Of a stretch of 64,000 nucleotides of DNA, positions 12,230-25,552 are shown piece by piece. This DNA comes from Octopus vulgaris (lineage: Eukaryota), in contig OX597821.1 in assembly GCA_951406725.2 (NCBI GenBank), forward strand, positions 50,964,001 to 51,028,000, in the 5' to 3' direction. Position 1 is the stretch's first letter. The number at the start of each line of letters is the position of its first letter. The notes below the pieces were generated by a model, which was given only the letters and a program-made list of their open reading frames with translations, had not been told where the DNA came from and searched no databases. A program made the position numbers and the translations under genes.

Positions 12230-12284
<55 letters not shown>

Positions 12285-12285
<1 letters not shown>

Positions 12286-12620
12286 AAGGCGTCTGGCTCA
12301 GTGATTAGAGCGTCAAGCTTACGATCATGAAGTTTTCAGTTCGATTCCCGGACCGGGCTGCGTGTTGTGTTCTTGAGCAAGACACTTCATTTCACGTTGC
12401 TCCAGTTAACTCAACTGTAGAAATGAGTTGCGACATCACTGGTGCCAAGCTGTATCGGCCTTTGCTTTTCCCTTGGATAACATCAATAGTGCGGAGAGGG
12501 GAGGCTGGTATGCATGGGTGACTGCTGGCCTTCCACAAACAACCTTGCCCTGTCTTGTACATCGGAGGGTAACTTTCTAGGTGCAATCTCATAGTTATTC
12601 ATGACTGAAGAGGGTCTCCT
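12285..12620 (+). mobile_element. tRNA-derived SINE family C
   Basis: A box TGGCTCAGTGA, B box GTTCGATTCC; 3' part matches 48416-48587 on the opposite strand. Confidence 0.85.
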
Positions 12621-12722
12621 CCTCATGTATATATAATCATATATATATATATATATATATATATGATTATATATACATGAGGAGGAGACCCTCTTCAGTC
12701 ATGAATGACTATGAGATTGCAC
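12581..12722. repeat. Palindrome centred on (TA)n
   Basis: GTGCAATCTCATAG...GGTCTCCTCCTCATG mirrored by CATGAGGAGGAGACC...CTATGAGATTGCAC, one mismatch. Confidence 0.95.
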
Positions 12723-12998
12723 TGCTCGCTTAGCCAGCGGGGTGGTGTCATTCGAAGGCTAAAAAACAATGCGAACGCATTGTGACCAGCGATGTGTAAC
12801 AACATATGATGGTCTGGTCGGTCATGTGATCACGTGATATATATATATATATGTATGCGAAACAGGACAAAAAATGCCGAGGCAAAATATATATCAAAAA
12901 TACATATCGGCTATAGTGGAGCCCTGATAATCCGTTACACCACTTACCCAGCGTCCCTATTCGTTTACTTCACAAATGAATTAAGCGCCCATATTTTG

Positions 12999-13355
<357 letters not shown>

Positions 13356-13359
13356 TATA

Positions 13360-13406
<47 letters not shown>

Positions 13407-13974
13407 TGGAGGGAAATAAATATTCGTACATGTCTAAATTCTTTATTTATTTAACGGGCATCTCTATGCCTTTTAGTCAACAGTGGAGTTTTTCTAGGAG
13501 AGCGTGACTGCAGTTCATTCCTATGAAGTTCATTGCTAATTGTTCGTAGTGTAACACTAGTCCCTGAAGCTAACAAATCTTCTTACAACTCCTTTCTGGT
13601 GATCATTGCGTTGTTTTTCGAGTCCAAAGAATAAAATCAGAACCCATAGAAGATGAAAGATAAATACTTACATTCAAGCCCTTCAATTCTGTCTATATAC
13701 CGAGTTGCTGAAATTTATCAATATTTTCTCTCATTATTTTGATATATTATTTGCTGTCATTAATAGAACTGTCGGTATTTTTGACGACATGATTATGTTA
13801 GTAAATTTATGTGTAAAATGTGTATATAGTTAGATATATAGTAATATGCGATAGACACACGCACTTATTCAAACACTAATATATGTAGATATAAATATAC
13901 ACATTTTCAAGCATATTAATTTTTAAAAAGGGCGTTATTATTAATACGTACATATTCAAATACATACTCATATA

Positions 13975-14550
13975 GGTGCAGGCTTCTTAACCTCTTGGAT
14001 CCAGGTTCAGTCCCACTGCGTGGCACATTCGGCAAGTGTCTTCTTCTACTATAACCTCGGGCTAACCAAAGCCTTGTGAGTGGATTTGGTAGACAGAAAT
14101 TGAAAAAAAAGCGGCGAACTGGCAGAAACGTTAGCACGCCGGGCGAAATGCGTAGCCGTATTTCGTCTGTCGTTTCGTTGTGAGTTGAAATTCCGCCAAG
14201 GTCGACTTTGCCTTTTATTTTTTCGGGGTCGATTAAATAAGTACCAGTTACGCACTGGGGTCGATGTAATCGACTTAATCCGTTTGTCTGTCTTTGTTTT
14301 TCCCCTCTGTGTTTAGCCCCTTGTGGGTGGTAAAGAAATAGGTATTTTGTCTGTGTTTACGTTCTGAGTTCAAATTCCGCCGAGGTCGACTTTGCCTTTC
14401 ATCCTTTCACGGTCGATAAATTAAGTACCAGTTACGCACTGGAGTCGATCTAATCGACTTAATTCTTTTGTCTGTCCTTGTTTGTCCCCTCTATGTTTAG
14501 CCCCTTGTGGGCAATAAAGAAATAAGAAGCTGAAAATAGCACGTCGTATA
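13975..14550 (+). mobile_element. SINE family A fragment interrupted by a family B SINE
   Basis: Family A sequence to about 14110, resuming at about 14526 (GCTGAAAATAGCACGTCG). Confidence 0.7.
14111..14525 (+). mobile_element. SINE family B with tandemly duplicated body (about 184 bp)
   Basis: Head GCGGCGAACTGGCAGAAACG, B-box-like GAGTTCAAATTCC; body repeated at 14159-14342 and 14343-14525. Confidence 0.9.
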
Positions 14551-14561
14551 TATATATATAT

Positions 14562-14870
14562 AAAGCAGAACAAATCAGTGTTAAAATGAGACATACTTAT
14601 CTACATGGCCGAAACAGCTGTAAGATGTAATCTATACTTATATTTATATTTACTTATATTTATATTCTCTTTTATATATTCTACATATTATACAACATTA
14701 CTCTTTTATGTACACTTTTTTATGTACATTCCTTTATGTACACTGATTTGTTCTGCTTTTTTATGTTTAACCCTACAGTCTCTTATGTGGTGGTTTAATA
14801 AAGTATGTGATTGAGTATTATCCGGTAATTGATATTTGATTTAGATGTGTTTCTCCATTTTCTTATCTTG
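14562..14870 (+). mobile_element. (TA)n-embedded Penelope-like terminal unit with 20-bp inverted end
   Basis: AAAGCAGAACAAATCAGTGT (14562) is inverted at 14740-14759; contains the hammerhead 3' half GGCC GAAA C AGCT G TA. Confidence 0.55.
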
Positions 14871-14882
14871 TATATATATATA

Positions 14883-15179
14883 TATAATATAATATTAATT
14901 AGAGACAAAACCACTATTATGCAAATCAAACAAAGAAAGACTTAATCCAATACATAAAAAAATTTATATAAATTAAATATAATTAAGATTAATTAATCTT
15001 AATTATATTTAATTTATATAAATTTTTTTATGTATTGGATTAAGTCTTTCTTTGTTTGATTTGCATAATAGTGGTTTTTTGTCTCTAATTAATATTATAT
15101 TATATTTTACTATAAAATTAGATTCAATCATAAATCTGATTTTTCCCTGTAAATTTGGATTTATTCCCTAATATTTATT

Positions 15180-15190
<11 letters not shown>
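14883..15190. mobile_element. Fold-back family P copy 1: loopless 222-bp palindrome plus about 85-bp tail
   Basis: Symmetry centre 14992/14993; arms 14883-14992 and 14993-15104; tail shared with copy 2. Confidence 0.9.
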
Positions 15191-15236
<46 letters not shown>

Positions 15237-15570
15237 AATGGATGAATGAATTATCCTTTGTTTACCGTTAACATGGAACATTCAATAAACAGTTACTAGG
15301 GTAGCAAAATTCACGCAAGTAACAAGGATGTAGCGACCTATTCAAAGGTAGAAACTCCGGGTTAATGTGCAGTAATTTGTATAGTATAAGTAAATAAATT
15401 GAATTGATTGCAGGTGTTATTCAAATTCTTAGGTTCTCTTTCTTTTCTGGTGAGAAGATTACATTATTTTACACCATTTATTCCTTTGCAATATAACCAA
15501 TGTCGTCTTCGAAACACATGACGAAAGTAAAAGAATTTGAAAAACACCTGCGTTCAACTCCATTTATTTA

Positions 15571-15619
<49 letters not shown>

Positions 15620-16240
15620 AACAGCTGTAAGCTAATGAAGTTCATAACATAATTGTTTATTCCTTGGTCATTCTAAGTTCATATATGTGTGTGTTTATTT
15701 ACTTGCGTATCTAGACACATACAAATACGCAGACGACCGTCCAGCCATATAAACTTATCTATATGCACATATGTCTAACTTTATATCTTGAGGGTATATA
15801 TGATGACGTCTCTGATATTTATAGCTATTGTGTCTTGATTTCGAGGGTGGTTTGTTTTACTTCACCTTTACATAATTTTCAATTCTAATAGTAATTCATA
15901 TTAAGTATATAATTCATGAAATCTAACCAGTACAGTGTATATTGCATTTCAAAATAGTTGGTTTTCTTTGCTGTCATGCTGTTTTTTCACAATGTAGTTG
16001 AAATCATTTTCGCTTGAAATAATTTTATTTGTATATCCGATGCTTATTGATCTGAAATTCTTTGTGTGTTTTTTTTAATCTGTCCATTATTATTCATCGA
16101 TCTCTAAATATTCGGCGAAGTATTCTTTTAATGTTTAACATTAAGAAATATTTCCTCAATTCCTTTATGTAGAAGCAATTTCTAGACATTCGGATGTTGT
16201 TTCTCATTAAGAAAGAAAATAACACAAAGAAATGTTCTCA

Positions 16241-16298
<58 letters not shown>

Positions 16299-16358
16299 AA
16301 TTTAAGTACCAAGATCATCTGAGTATTTTTAACTCGTCTCACACACAGACTGACAAAC

Positions 16359-16397
<39 letters not shown>

Positions 16398-16444
16398 GAC
16401 AAACACACACACACAGACACACACACACACAAATATATATATAT

Positions 16445-16610
16445 ACGAGGGGCTTCTTTCAGTTTCCGTCTACAAAATCCACTCACAAGACTTTTGGTCA
16501 GCCAGAGGCTATAGTTGAAGGTACTTACCCAGCAAGCCACGCAGTGGGACTGAACCCGGAACAATGTGGTAGGGAAGCAAGCTACTTACCACACAACCAC
16601 TCCTGCGCCT
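16445..16610 (-). mobile_element. SINE family A, 5' half
   Basis: Reverse complement of the family A head. Confidence 0.85.
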
Positions 16611-17044
16611 ATATATAAATTGTTTAAGTGAAGAAAAGTATAGAGATTTATATATAATATAGTAAATTCATATTATACATACTGGAAATACTACGTCAGG
16701 TACTCAAATGGTCTAAAAGTTTAGGGTCAGGGCACCTGTCAGACTAATAGCATTTTATTTGCGTGGTGAAAGTGGGAAAATGATATTACTGGTTTCAGTC
16801 TTAATGTAGTCTTTGTAGGATGCTACGTGCAAATTTTATCTAATACTTATACTAACCTCCCATTCTGTTTTATGTATATTCTTTTATCCTCAGTTGACAT
16901 TCTATACAACTTGTACGTACGCAAACACATGCATAGATACAAATATGCATGTGTGTGAATGTGTATCTACTTAAAATGACAGTGGTTGATGTATTTCGTG
17001 ATAAGACTTTGAGAGCCTACGAGACAAATAAACACATTTTGATT

Positions 17045-17047
<3 letters not shown>

Positions 17048-17091
<44 letters not shown>

Positions 17092-17232
17092 CATACATAT
17101 GCTATATATATAATATAACATGTATATATATACATATATATATGTATATATATGCATATATATGTATATGTATATATGTATATGTATATATGTATATATA
17201 TATATGTATATATGTATGTGTATATATATATG

Positions 17233-17265
<33 letters not shown>

Positions 17266-17282
17266 GGATATATGTATATATG

Positions 17283-17313
<31 letters not shown>

Positions 17314-17555
17314 GTATATATGTATATATGTATATATATATATATACATATATATATGTATACATGTATATATATATATGTATACATGTATATATATATA
17401 TATATATATGTATACATGTATATATATATGCATATATATGTATATATGTGTGTATATATGTCTATTTAGATATATACGTATAGACATATATATATATATG
17501 TATGCATATATATGCATATATATACGTATATATATTTATATATACATATACGTAT
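17048..17555. repeat. Long degenerate (TA)n/(TATG)n low-complexity tract
   Basis: Direct reading; source of YI-repeat ORFs. Confidence 0.95.
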
Positions 17556-18165
17556 AATAAATATAATTAAGGATAGACGGTTTGCTAAGATCGATCGGAA
17601 GAGGTATAAGATCAATCGAAAGATACATAGTTACACACGCAGCGGGGGGCGGGGGCGAAAGAAAACAAAGAAGTGGTAAAAAAGACAAACTGGAGATGGT
17701 GGTGACGACGGGGAAACGGGACTACTTCGAGCAAGAATAACAGTGAAAGCAAATTGTGATTCATAATATAACAATATAACCTAGATCTTTATCTCCTTCA
17801 ACCCAAATCTATTATCAAAGACGTATTCGAAATGTTCAAGCGAGTACTGTGAAGAAATTTAATGTTTTGCTTTCAGGTAATATAATGTCACAGTAGGGTT
17901 ATAATGCAGTTTGAAAGATTTTTGAATGAATCTAGTCAGACAATTGATGAGTGCGAAAATCTGACAAGTGTTTCGATTTGAAAATAAAATCTTTTAAATA
18001 TATTATTTCACTGTCTAACTTGTCATGCAAGCTTTTGTAGCCGAGGCAGTTCGACATTGTGGCAAGCGAAGAAATATACATATATATGTTTACGGGCAAA
18101 TAAGTAAACCATGATCGGTTGTCAGGTAATGTGTCGGGGACAAGCACAATAAACACACATGCATA

Positions 18166-18234
<69 letters not shown>

Positions 18235-18245
18235 TCTATAGCATC

Positions 18246-18292
18246 TCACCCGCGAGGAATCGATGCAAGTGGAGTCGAAACGATCGTTGTGA
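18246..18292 (+). ncRNA. Degenerate hammerhead-like motif in a (TA)n-flanked unit
   Basis: TCAC...GAGTC GAAA C GATC G TT GTGA: stem I and palindromic loop III intact, CTGANGA box decayed. Confidence 0.35.
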
Positions 18293-18483
18293 TTAATGAA
18301 AAATCTCGTGAATTCCATTTCCTGTTACTCTCATTTGATATATATCTATATATATAATCATCTCTGTCGAAGAGCGCAGGATCGAAACTGCAAAAGGTTT
18401 TCCATACTTAACGAGCGTCAAACTAACACACCTGCTTTTTGTTCCCTCACCTGTCTTCGCATTTTGTTTTCTGTAATTTTGAA

Positions 18484-18523
<40 letters not shown>

Positions 18524-19002
18524 GTTATCGCCATACTAATATGGCAGTCTAATAACGCTGCCGTAATCTCCTTTAGAGAGACTTAGTAATTTTAATATTT
18601 CTATTATATATATATATATATATATAAGGAATAAGTCAACTCACTGATATAGTAGGGGATACTTGCCCAAGGTGCCGCGCCGTGGGACAGAACTCGGAGC
18701 CATGTGGTTGGGAAGCAAGCTTCTTACCACACACCATGTTTCTAAAAATATAACAGCTAAATGCATTTTCATTAAAAAATGGCATTAACGACCTTTCTTT
18801 TTCAACACAGCTCTTAACTTTCCAGTCACAAATCAAAATTTCCTCACTGCTGTGATATATATATTCCATCTCCATCTTTAAAGAGTTATCACAGAATCTG
18901 ACTTCATGTAATGTATTGAGTAATCCTTCACAATCTGTTATACATGTATTACATATCCCTACATACAAATTTATAAATATTTAGCCTTTATATTTTAGAA
19001 AC

Positions 19003-19162
19003 ATGCGCCGGCATGGCTGTGTGGTAAGAAGCTTGCTTCCCAATCACATGGTGTCGGGTCGTGTCCCATTGCGTGGTACCTTGGGCAAGTATCTTCTACT
19101 ATATTCGGGCCAGCCAAGCCTTGAGAGTGGATTTGGTAGACGGAAAATTAAGAAAGCCCGTC

Positions 19163-19254
<92 letters not shown>

Positions 19255-19466
19255 ATGTGCGTGTCTTTTTGTGTCTGCGTTTGTCCTTTACCACCGCTTG
19301 ACAACTGGTCGTAGTGTGTTTACTTCTCTGTGATGTGGCTGTTCGGTAAAAGTGATCGATAAAATATGTACTAGGTTTTTAAGGAAAAGGACTGGGGTCA
19401 ATCCAAGGCAGTGCCCCAGAATGGCTGCAGTGTAACGATTGAAACAAGTAAAAGATAAAAGATAAA
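19003..19466 (+). mobile_element. SINE family A, diverged, with internal (TATC)n
   Basis: Colinear with 3053-3441. Confidence 0.85.
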
Positions 19467-19681
19467 GAAACGAATTGTTTCAGCATGGAACCCTTTCAAA
19501 CAGGTTTTCGCTATATTCTAAAAAAAAACATCGGTGAAATATTTAATGAAATCATAAAGCTAACCCCTTTGAAAAATAAAAAAAAACACAAAACAAATCG
19601 CATTTTAAGAAAATAATTCGAAAGGAAAAGTGTACAGAGTTACGACCGTTTATTTGAAAAATTTCGTAAAATAAATTTCGG

Positions 19682-20092
19682 AGGCGCAAGAGTGGCTGTG
19701 TGGTAAGTAGCTTGTCTACCAACCACATGGTTGCGGGTTCAGTCCCACTGCGTGGCACCTTGGGTAAGTGTCTTCTACTATAGCCTCAGGCCGACCAAAG
19801 CCTTGTGAGTGGATTTGGTAGACGGAAACTGAAAGAAGCCCGTCGTATATATGTATATATATATGTATGTGAGTGTGTATTTGTGTGTCTGTGTTTGTCC
19901 CCTAGCATTGCTTGACAACCGATGCTGGTGTGCTTATGTCCCCGTTACTTAGCGGTTCGGCAAAAGAGACCGATAGAATAAGTACTGGGCTTACAAAATA
20001 ATAAGTCCCGGGGTCGAGTTGCTCGACTAAAGGCGGTGCTCCAGCATGGCCGCAGTCAAATGACTGAAACAAGTAAAAGAAAGAAAGAAAGA
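19682..20092 (+). mobile_element. SINE family A, full length, young
   Basis: Near-identical to the reverse complement of 27008-27435. Confidence 0.92.
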
Positions 20093-20379
20093 ATAAAATG
20101 GAAATGCCTGTTTGTCTTACGCAGAGAGTCAAGTGACATCAACATAGCTACATATGTGTTGCAAGATGTGATGAGGTATCACACTGAAGAAGAATTTTGG
20201 TAAATTGTACTGTCATTATATATCATTACATCTTACTACAAAACTTCGAAAATATAAGATTATTAGTTTCAATAATTGAAGGAAGCCAAGTTAATTTTTA
20301 ACATCCCCTTCAGTTTTTATGAAAGCACATGGCTTTCATAAAAATGTATCAGCATGTGCTAATCTTTCATTAAAACATG

Positions 20380-21230
20380 TCTGCTGTATCATTTCAACGA
20401 AACTCATGAAGTGTCGTTTCAACCATCGCTGAGCTGACTTTACAAACACTAAGCAGTTTTATTACAAAATCCTGTTGTTTCATTACAACTCTTGCTGATC
20501 TGTTTCATTATTACCACTTCTAAAATATATATTAAAACCCCACCGAGTTGGATAATCACAAAGATAATCTACAAACTCAATATAGTTAGCTCTGAGCTGT
20601 TATATTGCAACAAAATCTTTTCTTTGCCATTACAACAAACTCTTATCTTTGCCATTACAAGTATCACTTAGCTATTTCATTTCAATCAACATTTAAGATT
20701 ACCATTACAGTCACTGATTAAGGTATATCATTATAACTGCGTCTGGCTTTGTAATGATAGCAACTGAGCTATATTTCTACTACCACAGAGCTGCTACTAC
20801 AACAACTACTAACCTGTACCATTACAATTACATTTGAGTCATCACCGCAATCAACACTGCGCTCTATCATTAGAAACACTGCTAAACTCTTGTAACCAAC
20901 GCTGAGTATTGTCCTCATAACCATCACTGATCTACATCATTTCAAACACCATTGAGCTGAGTTATTACAACAACTACTTCGATGAGTCATGATAGACATC
21001 ACTGAATCGAGTCGATAAAACCATCACTGAACAGTGTCATTGCAGTCATATTTTTACTGTTTCAATAGAACCAACCCACAGCTGTGTCATTATAAAAATC
21101 ACTCAACAACCACCACCACTGTACTGTATCATTAAAACTGCACTGAACAGTTCCCGTAAAAACCTGACTGTGTACATAAAAACTGTGTCATCAAACTCAG
21201 CACGGATATTTTCATTACAACCATCATCGG
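20380..21230. repeat. Highly diverged 25-bp minisatellite
   Basis: Approximate consensus CTGTGTCATTACAACCATCACTGAG; 25-bp phase clear at 20922-21046. Confidence 0.8.
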
Positions 21231-22187
21231 TAGGACATGGTCCGAGAAAGATTTTGTTGCTGTGTGTACCATGTCTAACTGCTAAGTAGATTCTTACTTA
21301 CTGATTTGACTGACCTCTTTTGAGAGTTAATCTCCGATATTCGCATCTGCATCAACAACATCAACAATTGCAAGAGATTCTTATCAATTATAATACACGG
21401 AATGTGAAGTGGAATGGGAATGTTACCTTACTGAATGTATAATTCTGACTTGAAGTAAGTAACATTTCAGATTTACTGTCCTTCTGGTTTAAGGAGATTC
21501 AAATAACATTAGTCATTACGCTTATATATTCTTCTTCTCGTTACAAGGATAACTTTAAGTAATTGAAATTGTTTTCATCACTACATTATGTTGACACTTA
21601 TTCACTTATATAGATGGAGGTCCCAGGTTACCTCCCGCAATTAATAGTTAGCTTCAGGTAACTTGTATACGTTGCTGTGAGTCGTGTCCTTATATAGACG
21701 ATGTCTTTCAGATTTTATAACACTGAGCGACACATTTTCAATTTTTAGGAAATTCAGCGAATATATTGATCACATATTACAAATCAGGACTTCACGTGCA
21801 ACTAACAGTGTAATAAAAATTTATATTACTTATATTTTATAAAGATAATTCACATTACCTCATTTATTGCAAGTGTTTTCAAACGAAAATCGCAATGAAT
21901 GTTGTCCATAAAGATTTTTCGCTCTCGTAGCCGACGTTTATACCTTTTACCGATATAGACCACGTGCACACATACCCATAGTCGCAAATACGTACATACA
22001 CACACAAACACACATATACATACGCACAGGCACGCGTACATACAAACATACATACACGGAGTCACATATGTAAACATATATTGCGGTCTTACACACTGCT
22101 TCCGCAGACCAAATTCAGCCCAGGTTTATAGAAGACACTTGCCCAAAATGATGCGTACTTGATCTGAACCTGAAAGAATGTGGTTTA

Positions 22188-22224
<37 letters not shown>

Positions 22225-22904
22225 GGATATAAAGAAAGTCAGGAGGTATGAGATGAATATATGATTATATAAAGCTATATATTGTACATTATACTCTCTC
22301 AACATACACATATATATGTATATATATGTATATATATATATATTTGTATATATATATATACATATATATATATCTATGTATATCCGTATATATATTTACA
22401 TCTACATATATATATACATATATGTACATGTATATATGTATATATGTATATATATATATATATATGTATATGTATATATGTATATATGTATATATGTGTA
22501 TATATATATATGTATGTATATATGTGTATATATATATATATGCATAAATATGTATGTGCACATATATGTGTATATACAGAAGTATTTTTTTACTTCTATC
22601 ATTAGCGATATAGATACTCATGTAGTACCCTTGTGTATATATGTACATATCTAATATTGTATGTATATGTTTTATTAATTTGCCTGTACGGCTTATAATT
22701 TGCTTACCACTTGTGATGGTATTTTAATAATACCATCCCTAATATATATATATATATATGTGTATATATATATGTATATATAAGTGTATATATGTGTATA
22801 TATATATTTATATATAAGTGTATATATGAATGTGTATATGTATATATGTATGTATGTGTAGCTTAGGAGCTGTGGCCATGCTGGGGCACCGCCATTTGGT
22901 GTTG

Positions 22905-24400
22905 CTACATAATTTTACTTTACTAAAACGTTTTAGAAATTGATTTTTGGTGCATGAGAGAATTTGATGCCCCTGATCTCATTTGTACTTCCTGCTGTGA
23001 AGTTAGTTCATCCGGGACACTGGATGGTAAGAGGTCTACTTTGGTTTTGAAAGCACCTACATCCACCCCATGCAGGTCTTTCAGTTGCCTCGTAAGGATA
23101 TTGAAGAGCTGTGGTCCATTAAAGCCCAGGCTGTTGCAATACCTTGTCTTATAACTTGGTTGCACATTAGGAGTCTTTGGCACTATGCAGTGGCGCTCTT
23201 TTCTAGCTTTAGTGTAAATCTCGATGCCAAAGTTTGGGACTAGTCCCTCTAGGATCTTCCAGATGTATATTATGTCATATCTTTCTCGTCTACGCTCTAA
23301 GGAATAGAGTTTCAATCTCTTGAGTCTTTTCCAGTTGCTTATATGCTGCATACAGCCTATCCTTTTTTTGCAGCGTCTTTGGATTGCCTCAAGTTCTGCA
23401 AGTAATTTTACACTTGTTGGTTACCATAGCTGGAAGCAATAGTCAAAGCGACTTGGAACAAGTGTCTTCCAGAGGACCATCATGGTTTTCTTATCTCTCG
23501 TACTAAAAGTTCTAAGAATCCATCCAGTCAGCCGCCTGCATTTCATTGTCAAATTAACAACATGCACATGGGAGGATGCATCATTACTGGTGAAGTTGCA
23601 CAGATATCGAACTGACTGTGTCTCGGGAACTGCAATCTCTCCAGGTCCAGTGTATTGAATTGGTATTGTATTTAGTTTTGCATGCTGATTGAATAAGGAT
23701 TGAAGCTTTTCAGCATTAAAATGCATGTTGGTGTTCTCAGCTCACTTGTATATGTAATCCAACTCATGCTGTAGGTGCATGGCGTCTCCAGGGTTCTGTA
23801 CCACTTGTGAAACTTTTGTATGATATGCATATCTTGTGATCGTGCACTGTGTGTGGTTGAGGGCATGTCTCAGAGAGTCATTACGAACAGCAGTGGTTCC
23901 AAAACAGTGCCTTGCGGAACATCACTCACTACCCTTTCTATCCTTCAGAAAGTCATGCAGCCATTCTCCCAATTTCTCGAATATGCCGAGATTAAGCAGT
24001 TTGTGACACATCATTCCTTGATCGACTTTATCGCAGGCCTTTGCAAAGTCGAGATATATCACATCCACATTTGAATGGTTGAGCAGCTGTTTTAACACTC
24101 AGTCATAGTGTTGTAAGAGCCGATTCAAGCAGCTTCTTCCTGGTCGGAAACAATCTTGGTTGTCAGTGAGCAAGTCATTTTCCTCAAGGAAGGTGATTAA
24201 TTTTTTTCTGACTATTCGTTCCACGACTTTAGTGGTGTTCGATGTCAGAGAGATAGGTCTGTAATTTTTGGCTTCTGCTCTGCTACCTCCTTTATAAATA
24301 GGGAATAGTTTACCCTCCTCCAGCTTGCTTGGAAGTTTCCCATTTGCAAGGAAGCTCTGGAATGTATGTTTGCTTGCAGCCACACTTTCAGCCATTCACC
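22905..24400 (-). mobile_element. CR1/L2-group LINE ORF2 (reverse transcriptase) remnant
   Basis: KNYRPISLTS, FRPGRSCL, FNAEK, LKLYSLERRRERYDIIYIWKIL; frameshifted. Confidence 0.92.
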
Positions 24401-25354
24401 GTGAATGCAGTGAGACCCTAAGAATGTTTGGATCATCCTAGCAGAGTGGGAAGAATCTTTGTCATGCTTCAATACGAGAGTTCTTAAAAGTGACAGCAGT
24501 ATGTTATCTAGTCACGGATCCAAGACTTGCTTCAGGAGATAGCAATAGGCGACTGCGGTGACTTTAACCTCATCAGGCACCGTGAGTGGGTCAACAAGTC
24601 TGTCCCTAATGATACCAGCCCACAGCATGACTCATCCTCTTTGTTGTTAACGTAGTAAAAATTGGCGACTCTCATCTCCAAAATAGACCTAACCATTTGC
24701 TTAACCGTCAGGTTCGTCAAGTGTCAAGTGAATAGAACACAACTCAAGTCTAACGTCATGCACTTTTTCGGCCCATTAAAGCCTCAAAGTCCTGTGAGGC
24801 GGCAGTTTCAGGGGTTCTTGCACGGCAGCCATGGTCCCGTGGATGCGATTTATGGTAGGTTTCAGTACATGAAGAAGCCCGGAGGTAGTGAAAATGGCTT
24901 TACTTGTTTGTCTAAGATTCCTACGTAACTTGCGGCCAATATTCCTTAAATCCATAGCTGTCATAGTCGGAGAGTCCCACAATCGGATCGTTCTCTCCTT
25001 GGCACTCATGTGGCTAAATAATTCATTATATCAATAAATGTTATAATATGGTCTTCTGTTAAGTATATACTCAAATTATGCTTAATATGTATCGTTATCC
25101 TTCATTTTCTAAGAAAAAAAAAATGTATAGATGGGCTATTTTCATTCCAAAGCTCTTAGCGTGGTTCTCCCAAAAACTGAAGAATCTGAAATAAAAAGAA
25201 AGGATATTATACAGAATAATGAAAGCATAACAGTGGTATTGCCATAGTGTGCAAACAAGCTAGGAAAAGTGTGATAAAATACGATTCCCAGAAACCTGAG
25301 AAATCCTAAATTTCACTCCTAAGTGTGGTTCTGTGTGTATATTTGTTTTAAATT

Positions 25355-25552
25355 TAGGCACAAGACCAGGAATTTCGAGTGATGGAGTAAGTCGATTACA
25401 TTGACCCACAGTGTTTAACTGGTACTTATTGACCATGAAACGATGAAAAGCAAAGTCGATCTTGACAGAATTTGAACTCGGAATGTAAAGGCGGGAGAAA
25501 TGCCGGTAAACATTTTCATCGCTTCGGTAACGATTCTGTCAGCTCGCTGCCT
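25355..25552 (-). mobile_element. SINE family B, old copy
   Basis: AAGTCGATTACATTGACC...GGTACTTATT...GAATTTGAACTC matches the reverse complement of family B. Confidence 0.7.

Noticed and set aside
12285-12360. tRNA-like sequences here and at 43133
   Set aside because: They are SINE heads continuing into repeat bodies, not standalone tRNA genes
16971-17557. YI/HT/CV-repeat ORFs, also near 22300, 54000 and 55050
   Set aside because: Translations of (TA)n, (CA)n and (TATG)n microsatellites
18362-18400. GTCGAAGAGC...TCGAAAC motif, with related ones at about 62310 and 51515-51548
   Set aside because: Resembles Penelope terminal motifs but I could not fit the hammerhead core box and stem I
24400-25010. 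Short ORFs upstream of the CR1/L2 RT remnant
   Set aside because: Probably decayed 5' part of the same LINE; no clear motif for a separate call
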